Assembly (NCBI GenBank): GCA_045613345.1
Contig: JAZLAT010000031.1
Span: forward strand, 50,722-114,721
Origin: Candidatus Enterousia sp.
GTDB lineage: Bacteria; Pseudomonadota; Alphaproteobacteria; Rs-D84
Length of the DNA stretch: 64,000 nt
Direction: 5' to 3'
Shown here: positions 10,028 to 19,430 of the stretch, in pieces
How the letters are laid out: every line of letters starts with the position of its first letter
How positions within the stretch are numbered: position 1 is the first letter of the stretch
Position numbers and translations under genes: made by a program
Notes under the pieces: generated by a model
What the model was told of the DNA's origin: nothing
The model's input: the letters and a program-made list of their open reading frames with translations, nothing else
The model's database searches: none

Positions 10028-10160
10028 AAAAGCAAAAATTATTTACATCGGTTTTTCTTTAATTCTGGCTGGTTGGGCCAATGATCATATTATTTAATCA
10101 CCAATAAAATACAGCGACCATCAAGCCAGCGTACAAGGGCAAAAGTATTGAGTACCGTCA

Positions 10161-10730
10161 TTAATTTTCTAAACTTCTTTTTTTATTCCCAATTTTTAAA
10201 ACTTTTAAATCAGAGCGAAATTCAAAAATAAGCACAAATAACCAAAACAGGAATATCAAGGTCACGATATCATCGCACATGCGTTCACCCATAATTCCAA
10301 CAAGCGCGAAAATGTAACTTTGTTCTGTTGTCACAAAAAGCATAGCCGTTTCCCATGCAAACATAGAAAATCTTTTATCAACAATCGGGATTAGTTTATT
10401 GTTTTTATCATAAGCAATACGATGAATACGTTTTATTTTGTACGAAACATGTTTCATCATAAATACAAAAAAACAAATAAACATCTGTAACAAAAGATTG
10501 TACCATATCCACTTTTTCTCGCAAACATTATTGGCCACACCAGAAAAATCATAATCATATTGAATCATATTCGGAATAGAATCCCAATGAGTATAAAACA
10601 CCACAATTTCTATAATAATCACAGAAAAAGTCAGAATCACAGATAAAATGGTTCTAAATCTGATTCCTTGTAATTTGTTCCCAGATATAAACTGTTTAAT
10701 AACTTGTACAAAAGACGATAATTTTCTCAT
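10161..10730 (-). CDS. Membrane protein, DUF1648-like
   Basis: TM helix followed by WDSIPNMIQYDYDFSG.A; four hydrophobic segments. Confidence 0.55.
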   Translation of the reverse strand: MRKLSSFVQVIKQFISGNKLQGIRFRTILSVILTFSVIIIEIVVFYTHWDSIPNMIQYDYDFSGVANNVCEKKWIWYNLLLQMFICFFVFMMKHVSYKIKRIHRIAYDKNNKLIPIVDKRFSMFAWETAMLFVTTEQSYIFALVGIMGERMCDDIVTLIFLFWLFVLIFEFRSDLKVLKIGNKKRSLEN

Positions 10731-10956
10731 TTTTTGTTTTCTTTATGATTAGGTTTTGCGTCATAAATTATAAAACAGATAAGACAAAATGCAAATTAAA
10801 TGTCATGCATATCAATCTTGCATAAATATTACAGATGCCTAAATGGGCGATTTCTTGTTTAGAATTCTAAGATTTTAATAGTTTAATAATCCAAATTAAA
10901 AAACTATCAAAAAATACCAAACATTCACAAAAAAGCATTCTAATGAAAATTTACAA

Positions 10957-12258
10957 TTAAAATTTTCTTTTTATGCCGATACCAAGTGACCATTTATCAT
11001 TTTCATACATTGGTATATTTGATTTGTTATTTGTATAATTAAGTTTTAAAACCGGGATAAGACCTAAAAATTCTATTTTTGTATTAGATAAAGATAAAGT
11101 ATACTTTTGAGAAACATCCCTTTCTTTGATACGTTTAGTCACACCATTTTTGATGACATCAATTTCACCATCATAATCTGCCCTAAAGAAATAAGATTCA
11201 AGATAGACAATAAAGCCATAAGGCATTTCCATGCCAAAGCCTAAACCCGCGCCATAATTATAATTGGCAAAGGAATCTACTTTGGCGGTTTCGCGCCCCA
11301 ATTCACCAAGCAATGCGATATATTTTGTGGAATCAATATAATACGTAAAATGTGGTACAGCAGTATATGTCTGGCCGCCCATCAAATAATCGTATTCATC
11401 ATATACATTATTTGCAAAAAGCAAAATCAAACCAGACGACAATTTGCGTGTCCAGTCATAATTAGTATCTAGCTTGGCACCATATGACCAAACATATTTT
11501 TCGCGTCCATACCATCCACGACCAACAATTCCGGCAACCCAGATATCACCTTTGTCCCAAACATAGCGTGGACCCGTTGAGCCAGCCAAATATAAATCAT
11601 TATATCTGTTCCATTCATATAAATTTGTCTGAAATTCGGCATCACTTTTCCAACGCCAATCATCAGATAATTTGAATTCATAATCAGCGCCCGCCGCAAA
11701 ATAAGTACCAGATCCACCTTTTAATTCTGTTAATTGTTCACATATGCCATTTATTCCATCGCCCATACAGCCGTTGTTACCATCAGCGATACTTGCACGG
11801 GTATCAGGTGCCCCGCCATAATCAAACCAAAAATCCCAGTTTTTATTTTGACGCACCAAATACCGATAAGATTCCATTTCTTGTTTTACATCTTCTGGCA
11901 AATTGTCGGCTGCCATAGCCATGCGTAAATAATAATCTGCACGGTCCCAGCGCTTATCCGCAATATAACACAAAGCCAATTCAAAACGTGCGCGCACAAA
12001 ATCAGGCCGTTCATCAAGAACCTTTCTATAAAGATGTATCGCTTCTTTAATGTTGCCTTTTTTAAATGCTGTTAGAGCCGACGCATATAAGCCCTTGATT
12101 TTGTCAGACAAGTCTTTGGGTAAAGGCATTTTCCCCAAAACATTTTGTTCAACCGTATCATACGCAGATACAACCGTGTTATTTTTCGTATTCGCCCCAG
12201 CCACCGAAACCATCGATGAAACCAATACCATGACAAATGACAATAATTTTTTTACCAT
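10957..12258 (-). CDS. Surface lipoprotein assembly modifier (Slam/DUF560): TPR plus outer-membrane beta-barrel
   Basis: Signal peptide, TPR (PDFVRARFELA), beta-strand-rich C-terminus ending in RKF. Confidence 0.8.
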   Translation of the reverse strand: MVKKLLSFVMVLVSSMVSVAGANTKNNTVVSAYDTVEQNVLGKMPLPKDLSDKIKGLYASALTAFKKGNIKEAIHLYRKVLDERPDFVRARFELALCYIADKRWDRADYYLRMAMAADNLPEDVKQEMESYRYLVRQNKNWDFWFDYGGAPDTRASIADGNNGCMGDGINGICEQLTELKGGSGTYFAAGADYEFKLSDDWRWKSDAEFQTNLYEWNRYNDLYLAGSTGPRYVWDKGDIWVAGIVGRGWYGREKYVWSYGAKLDTNYDWTRKLSSGLILLFANNVYDEYDYLMGGQTYTAVPHFTYYIDSTKYIALLGELGRETAKVDSFANYNYGAGLGFGMEMPYGFIVYLESYFFRADYDGEIDVIKNGVTKRIKERDVSQKYTLSLSNTKIEFLGLIPVLKLNYTNNKSNIPMYENDKWSLGIGIKRKF

Positions 12259-12585
12259 ACGTGTTATTGTAACGAATAAAAACCTAAAAGCAAAACTATA
12301 TTTACTAAATTTTTTTCAGCCCCGTTTTATAACAATAACAATTTAAAATACAGCCATATAAAATCAGAAATATTTTTACCAAGACTAATTAAATCCAAAG
12401 TGTTCCCATTATTACCGCTGTTTGTACACATGGACCAAAATTTGCACATTCCGATGCGTTTTGATTCGGCTTTTTTAACTTGGGCTGATTTTTCAAAGCT
12501 GTCTTGGCACCGTCACAAGTTTGGCCAAGATTCGTGCAATCACGATGCCGTTTTGTTACTGTTTAATTTATGCGCAAGTTTTGTT

Positions 12586-13602
12586 TTAATCTTTGGCGAT
12601 ATCCCTGCCCAACATAGCATTGGAGGTCTTGTTCAAAATCGGACCAGCAATTGCGCGCGCCTTGGTCGCGCCACGTGCCAAAATTGCATCTATTTCGGTC
12701 GGATTTTGCATCAAATATTCGTATTTTTCACGTGCAGCTTTTAATTTTTCGTTTACTGCTTCGAACAGAATTTGTTTTGCGGTGCCATATCCCATGCCAC
12801 CCGCACGAAAACGTGCCGCCAAGTCTTGGATTTCTTGTTCGTTGGCGAAATGTTTATAAAGGTTGAAAATCGAAGATTCTTCGGGGTCTTTCGGTTCTTC
12901 GGGTTGTTTGCAATCCGTAACGATGCGCATAATCAGTTTTTTTAGCTGGGCTTCGGGTGCAAAAATCGGGATATAGTTATCATAACTTTTGCTCATTTTC
13001 CGCCCGTCCAGCCCCGGTACCAATCCTGCATCTTGTTGTATGTATGGTTCCGGCATTTTCAGAATGTCTTTGCCATATATATGATTAAAGCTGCCTGCGA
13101 TATCGCGTGCGAATTCCACATGCTGTTTTTGATCTTTGCCAACCGGCACAATATCTGCGCCATAAAGCAAAATATCCGCCGCCATCAATACCGGGTATGT
13201 ATAAAGTCCCATATTTATACCGCTGTCGATGTCTTCGCCTTTTTCGCGGTTTATATCGATGCGCGCCTTGTAAGAATGTGCGCGATTCATAAGCCCCTTT
13301 GGTGTGACATTTGATAACAAGGCACTCATTTGGGCGACTTCGGGCACATCAGATTGTCGGAAAAATATTGTTTTTTCTGGATCCAACCCCAAAGCAAGGA
13401 AAGTGGCAGCCACTTGATACGAGTACTCAGAAATCGTCTTCGCATCAGAAATCATATTTAACGCATGCATATCGGCAATAAATATTACCGCCTTGTGATT
13501 TTGTGCCAATTCCAACACTGGTTTTATCGCGCCGACATAGTTTCCCAAATGTGGTGTTCCTGTTGGTTTTACACCCGTCAAAATAATTTTGTCATCAAAC
13601 AT
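12586..13602 (-). CDS. trpS: Tryptophan--tRNA ligase
   Basis: TGVKPTGTPHLGNY, YPVLMAADIL, VPVGKDQKQH and KMSKS motifs. Confidence 0.97.
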   Translation of the reverse strand: MFDDKIILTGVKPTGTPHLGNYVGAIKPVLELAQNHKAVIFIADMHALNMISDAKTISEYSYQVAATFLALGLDPEKTIFFRQSDVPEVAQMSALLSNVTPKGLMNRAHSYKARIDINREKGEDIDSGINMGLYTYPVLMAADILLYGADIVPVGKDQKQHVEFARDIAGSFNHIYGKDILKMPEPYIQQDAGLVPGLDGRKMSKSYDNYIPIFAPEAQLKKLIMRIVTDCKQPEEPKDPEESSIFNLYKHFANEQEIQDLAARFRAGGMGYGTAKQILFEAVNEKLKAAREKYEYLMQNPTEIDAILARGATKARAIAGPILNKTSNAMLGRDIAKD

Positions 13603-13682
13603 AATCGCACCTTTTACCATAAATGTAGTACATTTGTTCTATGTTTTCAAGCGCGATATTTTCAAACTTTGATGCGAATACA

Positions 13683-13964
13683 TTACTTGCGTTTTTTTGG
13701 GCCTGTTTTTGATCGGGCGGCGCGCGCCCTGTGAGTGTCCGAAGGCAAAAATCGCGCAAATTCTTCCAAAGTCAATCCAGTTGCGTCCAAGATTTGTGCA
13801 ATACTTGACATGTTCGGCCAACGAAGCTGGCCATACTTTGAATAAGTCTTGCTGTGATTAAAAGTCGTCGGGTCCAATCCCGATATTACCGCCAATCGTG
13901 AACAAGATATCTTTAAATGCTTTGCAAGGTTTTGTATGCCCGCCCAAAGTTCTGAATGTGTCAT
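13683..13964 (-). CDS. Stand-alone XRE/HTH regulator (N-terminal domain of the alphaproteobacterial HTH-S24 family)
   Basis: H.ELW.GI..LA....S.S.LA..SGLDPTTFN.SK...RWP...SIA.IL.ATG..LEEF. Confidence 0.75.
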   Translation of the reverse strand: MTHSELWAGIQNLAKHLKISCSRLAVISGLDPTTFNHSKTYSKYGQLRWPNMSSIAQILDATGLTLEEFARFLPSDTHRARAARSKTGPKKRK

Positions 13965-14126
13965 CGAAAACTCCCTTTGTTTGTTAAGACAATATTCATT
14001 TTAACGCATGTGGCGAATAAAACAATATGTTCTCGTATTGTGCGAATTTATGTTCGGTAAACAGTGTTGTTTAATGGTGTGCTGGGACTAAAAACCCATC
14101 GGTTTTATACGTCTATAAAAAACATC

Positions 14127-14156
14127 TTGACCCATTTCCGCAAATTTTGCTAGCAT
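14127..14156 (+). promoter_or_regulatory. Sigma70-type promoter of RNA leader A
   Basis: TTGACC-N18-TAGCAT; same spacing and TTTGC-TA as the promoters of copies B and C. Confidence 0.6.
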
Positions 14157-14163
14157 AAAAGAC

Positions 14164-14378
14164 GAATCGAATGGGAATTCGGTTTGGGGCCTGAGAAGCC
14201 CATAAAACACCGGCACATTATGTCGTAATCCACAAAAATTTCGATTTTTTGTGCCGTGATTCTGTTTAACCCCGCGTTGGGGTGCCATTGGTTATAATGC
14301 ATTCACGCAAAAGGCCTTTGGGGTCATTGTGTTTTATGATTTCTCAACACCCCGACATGTCGTTCGACGTGTTTGTTT
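14164..14378 (+). ncRNA. Unassigned structured leader RNA, copy A
   Basis: Stems covary with 28292-28512 and 52610-52789; conserved GGGGTGC, ATGATT and ACACCCCGAC. Confidence 0.75.
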
Positions 14379-14412
14379 AATGGTTAACGAAAAGAACAAA
14401 GGGAGTTAAATC

Positions 14413-15564
14413 ATGAAGAAATTTATAATCGCGGTTATGTGTGCGTTCTGTGTCGTGGGTGCATACGCCGCGGGTGAAAATGAACGCGCAACTTCGGTGG
14501 GCTATGTTGCCGAAGAATTAGAAACACGCCAAGACAAATTCAACAAATTGGGTGCCGATACCGCAATGACTTACAGTGGTTCAACCGATGGTGCGATTGG
14601 TACGTGTACTATCACGGGCGATTTGGGCGCGGAAACAAATACAACAAATACTGCGTTACCGACGGTTGGTGCGGTAAATACAAAAGTTGCAAACAAACAA
14701 GATGAATTGAACTTTGCGGCGAATACGGTTTTGATGGATACCGGTATTTCGGGCGAACCCGCCGCCAAAGGCATTTATCAATCGTCGGGTGATTATAATA
14801 CTCAAACAGATTCGCTTGTTGAAGCGGCGACTTTTAATGCGGCACTGCAAAATGCAATAAACAGTGAATTCACATGCGCACAACGCAAAGACCCCAACGA
14901 CCCCACCAGTAAATGTTTATTATTCAACATCTTTGCCCCGACACAAAATCTGATAATTCCAAACACATATACGCGGTTGGAATATTTGGAAAGCACTGGG
15001 ACCGAGTATATAGACAGCGGTGTAGAAGCGAAACCCGGCACCGTGGTCAAAACCAAATTTCAGATAATAGGAACGCCACCATCTAACACCGATAGAGGAT
15101 TTTTGGGATGTTATGGTTCATCTGGTTACCCATCATATTATTTATATCTGCATACTTTTCATGGTTCAGTTATCAATTCTTGGTTAGGAACAGGAGTAAA
15201 CAGCTTGTTTGTTCCGGATCACGATGAACACACACTTGAATTTGATGAAAATGGTAATGTCAATTTTGATGGAACACATATAGACAGTAATGTTTATGCG
15301 AACAGCATTGATGGTCCGAATATCGGGATATTTCGGTCCATACATCTTTATAGCTACACTATGCCATCAGTGGCATCAAGATTCTATTATGTGAAATTAG
15401 ATAATGGCACAATCAGACGCGACTTTATCCCCGCAAAACGCAACAGTGACGGCGAATTGGGGATGTATGACACGGTGTCGGGAACTTTCTTTACAAATGC
15501 GGGGACCGGAACATTTATTGCCGGACCAGAGCTCAGTTCAAATATTTATTTGCCGATGAATTAG
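14413..15564 (+). CDS. Secreted fibre/adhesin-like protein, paralog A
   Basis: Signal peptide; conserved N-terminal stalk; C-terminal YTRLEYLESTGTEYID...FIPAKRNSDGELGMYDTVSGTFFTNAGTGTF domain. Confidence 0.7.
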   Translation: MKKFIIAVMCAFCVVGAYAAGENERATSVGYVAEELETRQDKFNKLGADTAMTYSGSTDGAIGTCTITGDLGAETNTTNTALPTVGAVNTKVANKQDELNFAANTVLMDTGISGEPAAKGIYQSSGDYNTQTDSLVEAATFNAALQNAINSEFTCAQRKDPNDPTSKCLLFNIFAPTQNLIIPNTYTRLEYLESTGTEYIDSGVEAKPGTVVKTKFQIIGTPPSNTDRGFLGCYGSSGYPSYYLYLHTFHGSVINSWLGTGVNSLFVPDHDEHTLEFDENGNVNFDGTHIDSNVYANSIDGPNIGIFRSIHLYSYTMPSVASRFYYVKLDNGTIRRDFIPAKRNSDGELGMYDTVSGTFFTNAGTGTFIAGPELSSNIYLPMN

Positions 15565-15566
15565 TT

Positions 15567-15652
15567 TTAGTGTAAGCGGATAGTGGTTAGTATTATTTTG
15601 AATTATTTCGTAATTATGGATTGATTCCAGATACTACTAACCTCTGCCACTA
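15567..15652. repeat. Heptamer-bounded miniature inverted-repeat element, copy 1
   Basis: Reverse complement aligns with ~29385-29460 (GGTTAGTAG.ATCTGGAA...TAATTACGAAA...AATACTAACCACTATCC). Confidence 0.75.
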
Positions 15653-15667
15653 TTGCAAAAAAACATC

Positions 15668-15696
15668 TTGACTTTTGGGTCGATTTGTGATATTAT
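15668..15696 (+). promoter_or_regulatory. Promoter upstream of the phage-like cluster
   Basis: TTGACT-N17-TATTAT with an extended -10 TG. Confidence 0.6.
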
Positions 15697-15721
15697 ACAA
15701 CGCATAAACAGGGGAATTTAT

Positions 15722-15778
15722 ATTCACACATTCGTGTGGATTTTTTTATGCCGCGCATTTTGCGCGGTTCTTTTTTAT
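15722..15778 (+). terminator. Two tandem terminator-like hairpins in the cluster leader
   Basis: ATTCACAC/GTGTGGAT plus T-run, then GCCGCGCA/TGCGCGGT plus TCTTTTTT. Confidence 0.6.
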
Positions 15779-15802
15779 CAAAATGCCAAGGAGGGTACAA
15801 TC

Positions 15803-16213
15803 ATGCAAATGACCATAATCGAAGCAAACGATGAAACAATGACTTTGGCATATGCGGTCGCACGAATCGTTTATGCGGAAACTTTGGCAAAATCACTGCG
15901 TGTTGTCGAAGCATTAACATCGATGATTGCAAATGCATCACATGCGCGTGATGAAAGTGTTGCAAAAATAATTGCGGACAAAATACTTTTCGAATCGTTG
16001 ACCACCGAATCGATTCGCCATGAATATATAAATGTTGATGCATCGCGACGTGACTTTCAAATGTGCTTGCGTGTGGCGGTGCGAATGTTGCATGGCAATT
16101 TGCCCGATATGTGTCGTGGCGCAACGCGATTCCATCGCGAAGAATTGTTACCAGAATGGGCGATTTCGCGCGGATACATCGCGGACATAGATGGAATTTT
16201 ATTTTATGCATAA
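15803..16213 (+). CDS. SleB/Hydrolase_2-family cell wall hydrolase (lysin-like)
   Basis: RBS AGGAGG; ARIVYAET...D...GATRFH...PEWA...I.GILFY. Confidence 0.75.
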   Translation: MQMTIIEANDETMTLAYAVARIVYAETLAKSLRVVEALTSMIANASHARDESVAKIIADKILFESLTTESIRHEYINVDASRRDFQMCLRVAVRMLHGNLPDMCRGATRFHREELLPEWAISRGYIADIDGILFYA

Positions 16214-16229
16214 CGAATCGGTTTTTAAT

Positions 16230-16418
16230 ATGAGAAATTTTATTCATGGCGGTTTTTTTGCGAATCGCAAAACACAAATTATGACATGTGTCGGAATTGC
16301 ATCGGCATTGTGTGCATATTTAGTTGGCGATTCGGATCTGTTTGCTACACTCCAATCGCTGATTGCGATTGGCGGTGTTTATATGTTGCATAAATCAAAC
16401 AAAACAAAAGGAAAATAA
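16230..16418 (+). CDS. Small two-TM protein, holin-like
   Basis: 62 aa, two hydrophobic segments, basic C-tail, next to the lysin. Confidence 0.45.
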   Translation: MRNFIHGGFFANRKTQIMTCVGIASALCAYLVGDSDLFATLQSLIAIGGVYMLHKSNKTKGK

Positions 16419-16419
16419 A

Positions 16420-17079
16420 ATGGAAAATGTACCAGAAAAATTTCTGAAAGAAGACGGAACATTGAACAGTGACGCATTGATAAAATCATATACAGAATTA
16501 GAAAAAAAGATGGGGAATATGATTTCGGTGCCGGATGAAAATTCTGATGAATCGGCGCAAAGCCGCTTTCGCCATGCGATTGGTGTGCCCGACAGTGCCG
16601 AAGATTACCCACACAATGAATTATTTGATGATGAAAATGTGCGTCAAGAATTTCATAAAATTGGTTTAACAAAAACACAAGTCGAAAAAATTTATAACAT
16701 CGCAAATGAATTTTTATCACCGATGTTATCCGAAATTATTTCTGTGCGTAATGAATCAAATGCGATTAGTGAATTAAAAGAATTTTTTGGTTCTGATGAA
16801 AAAATGCATGATGCATTGGTTGCAATAAAATCATTTGGTGAAAAATTTTTACCAACCGATGCGTTTAACGAACTGTGCTCTACACCCCGCGGAATCCAAG
16901 GTGTGTATAGGATGATGCAATCTATGGAACCACGTGTAGAAATTGAAAATTCTGAATCAAAAAAATTAACAGATTCCGATTTACGACGTATGATGCGTGA
17001 CCCAAAATATTGGCGCGATAACGATGCGGAATATGTTCGTAAAATTGAAAATGGATTTAAAAAATTGTATTCAGAATAA
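16420..17079 (+). CDS. Capsid assembly scaffolding protein
   Basis: PEKF...DALIKSYTELEKKMG, PDSAEDY, MMRDPKYWRD..AEYVRK...F..LY; located upstream of the capsid gene. Confidence 0.8.
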   Translation: MENVPEKFLKEDGTLNSDALIKSYTELEKKMGNMISVPDENSDESAQSRFRHAIGVPDSAEDYPHNELFDDENVRQEFHKIGLTKTQVEKIYNIANEFLSPMLSEIISVRNESNAISELKEFFGSDEKMHDALVAIKSFGEKFLPTDAFNELCSTPRGIQGVYRMMQSMEPRVEIENSESKKLTDSDLRRMMRDPKYWRDNDAEYVRKIENGFKKLYSE

Positions 17080-17205
17080 AAATTTTTGTAAAAAAAATAT
17101 AAAAAAATAATTTTTTTCTTTACTAATTTTTTTCTTTCGTATAAAATAAAATCAAGAACAAAAGAATTTGTTCTGTATAAAGAAACAATACGAAAGGAGA
17201 GAAGA

Positions 17206-17520
17206 ATGGCATTTACATTCTTGAAAACTGCGGCAAAGAAACCTGCTGCGAAAAAACCTGTTGCGGCTAAGAAGCCTGCGGCAAAGAAAGTTGCTGTGAA
17301 AAAACCTGCGGCGAAAAAAGTTGCGGCGAAGAAACCAGCAGTGAAAAAAGTTGCGGCAAAGAAACCGGTTGCAAAGAAAGTCGCTGTGAAAAAAGTTGCA
17401 GCAAAAAAACCAGTTGCTAAAAAAGTCGCGGCAAAAAAACCGGTCGCAAAGAAAGTTGCGGTTAAAAAACCGGTTGCCAAAAAAGCGTGTGCCAAAAAGG
17501 CATGTGCCAAGAAAAAATAA
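17206..17520 (+). CDS. Histone H1-like Lys/Ala/Pro/Val repeat protein (Hc2/BpH1-like)
   Basis: RBS AAGGAG; KKPAAKK/KKVAAKK pentapeptide repeats with varied codons; own terminator. Confidence 0.85.
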   Translation: MAFTFLKTAAKKPAAKKPVAAKKPAAKKVAVKKPAAKKVAAKKPAVKKVAAKKPVAKKVAVKKVAAKKPVAKKVAAKKPVAKKVAVKKPVAKKACAKKACAKKK

Positions 17521-17539
17521 TGATATCGTATGATATCCC

Positions 17540-17566
17540 AAAATGCCCGCATCGCGGGCATTTTTT
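17540..17566 (+). terminator. Intrinsic terminator
   Basis: AAAATGCCCGC-ATC-GCGGGCATTTTTT. Confidence 0.8.
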
Positions 17567-17753
17567 AATGTAAAATTTTTCAGTTCGATATGCATATGTC
17601 TGTCGAACTGAATTTTTTTATATGGACAATCCATAACATATGGACCCGTGCAATTTGCAATTGGCGCCGTGTGCGGCATAACCAAGAACAAATTTTTTGG
17701 TTGGGCAAAAATATTTTGCTTTGGAATAAATTTTATAAACAAAAGGAATAAAT

Positions 17754-18572
17754 ATGTCTGTTTCCATAGATCAATCGTTTGTGAAACAATTCGAAGCGGA
17801 TGTTCATTTGGCGTATCAACAGATGGGAACCAAATTGCGTTCAACAATTCGCAGTAAATCTGGCGTCATCGGTGCATCTACAACATTTCAAAAAATCGGC
17901 AAAGGCATGGCCAGCACGAAATCTCGTCATGGTATTGTACCGGTAATGAACCTTAATCATACTCCGGTAGAATGCACTTTGGCAGATTACTATGCGGGTG
18001 ATTGGGTTGATGCGTTGGACGAATTAAAAGTCAATGTTGATGAACGTCGTGTTGTCGCGTCTGCGGGTGCGTATGCATTGGGACGCAAGACCGATGAACT
18101 GATTGTTGGCGCAATGAACAGCGCAACTCAATATGTTGGTGATTATTCTACTGGTTTGACCAAGACGCTGATTTTAGGTGCTTTGGAAAAACTGAATGAA
18201 AATGATGTGCCCGATGACGGTCGCAGATTTGCAGTTGTTGGCGTAAAACAGTGGAACGAATTGTTGGGAATTTCCGAATTTTCGTCGGCTGATTATGTTG
18301 GCACTGATTTGCCGTTTATCAACGGATGCGAAACCAGAAAATGGCTTGGCATTACATGGGTGATGTATAACGCGTTGCCGTTGTCTTCATCTACACATCG
18401 TGACTGCTTTATCTATCACGCTTCCAGCATTGGTCATGCGTGTGGTCAAGAAGTCAAAACAGACATCACATGGCATGGCGAACGCGCCGCGCACTTTATC
18501 AGCAACAGTATGTCCCAGGGCGCTGTGATGATTGATGGCGATGGCATTGTTCGCGTGAAGTGTGGTGAATAA
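17754..18572 (+). CDS. Phage major capsid protein (podovirus type)
   Basis: IDQSFVKQFEADVHLAYQQMGTKLR, DYYAGDWVD.LDELK, AYALGRKTDELI, ENDVP. Confidence 0.9.
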   Translation: MSVSIDQSFVKQFEADVHLAYQQMGTKLRSTIRSKSGVIGASTTFQKIGKGMASTKSRHGIVPVMNLNHTPVECTLADYYAGDWVDALDELKVNVDERRVVASAGAYALGRKTDELIVGAMNSATQYVGDYSTGLTKTLILGALEKLNENDVPDDGRRFAVVGVKQWNELLGISEFSSADYVGTDLPFINGCETRKWLGITWVMYNALPLSSSTHRDCFIYHASSIGHACGQEVKTDITWHGERAAHFISNSMSQGAVMIDGDGIVRVKCGE

Positions 18573-18597
18573 CATCAATAATCAAAAGGGGTAAACC

Positions 18598-18828
18598 ATG
18601 GCTTTTCAAAACAAAAATTTGTCGGTAATTGCATATGCAAACGGCTTTACATTGTGGCACTATGTTGCAAATGAAACATTGGCAACCATCACGGCAAGCG
18701 GTTATTTCAATGCGGTAAAAACATTGATGAACACCGGGGATGTCGTTATTATCAACGCTTCGGATAAAACTTCGATTATGAAAATCGCGGTATCCGACAG
18801 TGCAGTTACAACTGCGGCGTTAGATTAA
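18598..18828 (+). CDS. Small phage structural protein (possible capsid decoration)
   Basis: MAF..KNLSVIAYANGFTLWHY...GYFN; directly follows the capsid gene. Confidence 0.6.
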   Translation: MAFQNKNLSVIAYANGFTLWHYVANETLATITASGYFNAVKTLMNTGDVVIINASDKTSIMKIAVSDSAVTTAALD

Positions 18829-18908
18829 AATTGATTATTGTTTCATACGAATCGGGTCGGATTTCTTCCGACCCAAATTTTAATTTTCTAGATACGGGGT
18901 AAATAAAA

Positions 18909-19427
18909 ATGCTAACTAAAATAGATTTATGCTCTATGGCATTATTAAAGTTGGGAGAAAATCCCATTCAATCGTTGTCTGATGATACAGCCGCAGCAAA
19001 GTTAGGACGAACGTTATCAGATTTTGTTATCGACACTTTATTGTCTTTACATCCGTGGCGTTTTGCTTGTCGCACTTATACATTAGCGCGAGATGAAAAC
19101 GGTGATTTTAATATTCCGTCTGATGTATTGCGTATCGTCAAGACAAATGGTCATATCATGGAAGACAAAATTGTTTCTGACACAGATACATTGAATATCA
19201 CAGCCATAGTTCGTGTCGCACCAGATAAATTCCCAAGTTATTTTGCGTCATTAGTTGCAACAAAGTTAGCGGTTGAATTTTGTATGCCGTTGATTTCTGA
19301 TCAAACAGTATTTCGCACAATGGTTGCATTATACGAAACAGAATTGCAAACGGCAAAATTTGTGGACAGCACGACATCAATAAATTCCACCATAGAAAAC
19401 TTTTCTTTAATAGATACCAGATTTTAA
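18909..19427 (+). CDS. Tail tubular protein A / adaptor (T7 gp11-like)
   Basis: DLCSMALLKLGENPIQSL, HPWRFA, IPSDVLR, FPSYF...LA.E. Confidence 0.8.
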   Translation: MLTKIDLCSMALLKLGENPIQSLSDDTAAAKLGRTLSDFVIDTLLSLHPWRFACRTYTLARDENGDFNIPSDVLRIVKTNGHIMEDKIVSDTDTLNITAIVRVAPDKFPSYFASLVATKLAVEFCMPLISDQTVFRTMVALYETELQTAKFVDSTTSINSTIENFSLIDTRF

Positions 19428-19430
19428 AAC

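Noticed and set aside
10957-12258. Slam-substrate pair as a novel locus
   Set aside because: Slam/DUF560 is a known family and no adjacent lipoprotein substrate is visible.
14164-14378. Known RNA (c-di-AMP or cobalamin riboswitch, T-box, tmRNA, 6S)
   Set aside because: Only short strings such as GGGGUG are shared; the diagnostic consensus elements are missing. A formal Rfam search is still required.
16692-17847. Minus-strand ORFs rich in FFAAT/FFCRNFF repeats
   Set aside because: Antisense shadows of the histone H1-like gene, which has the RBS and terminator.
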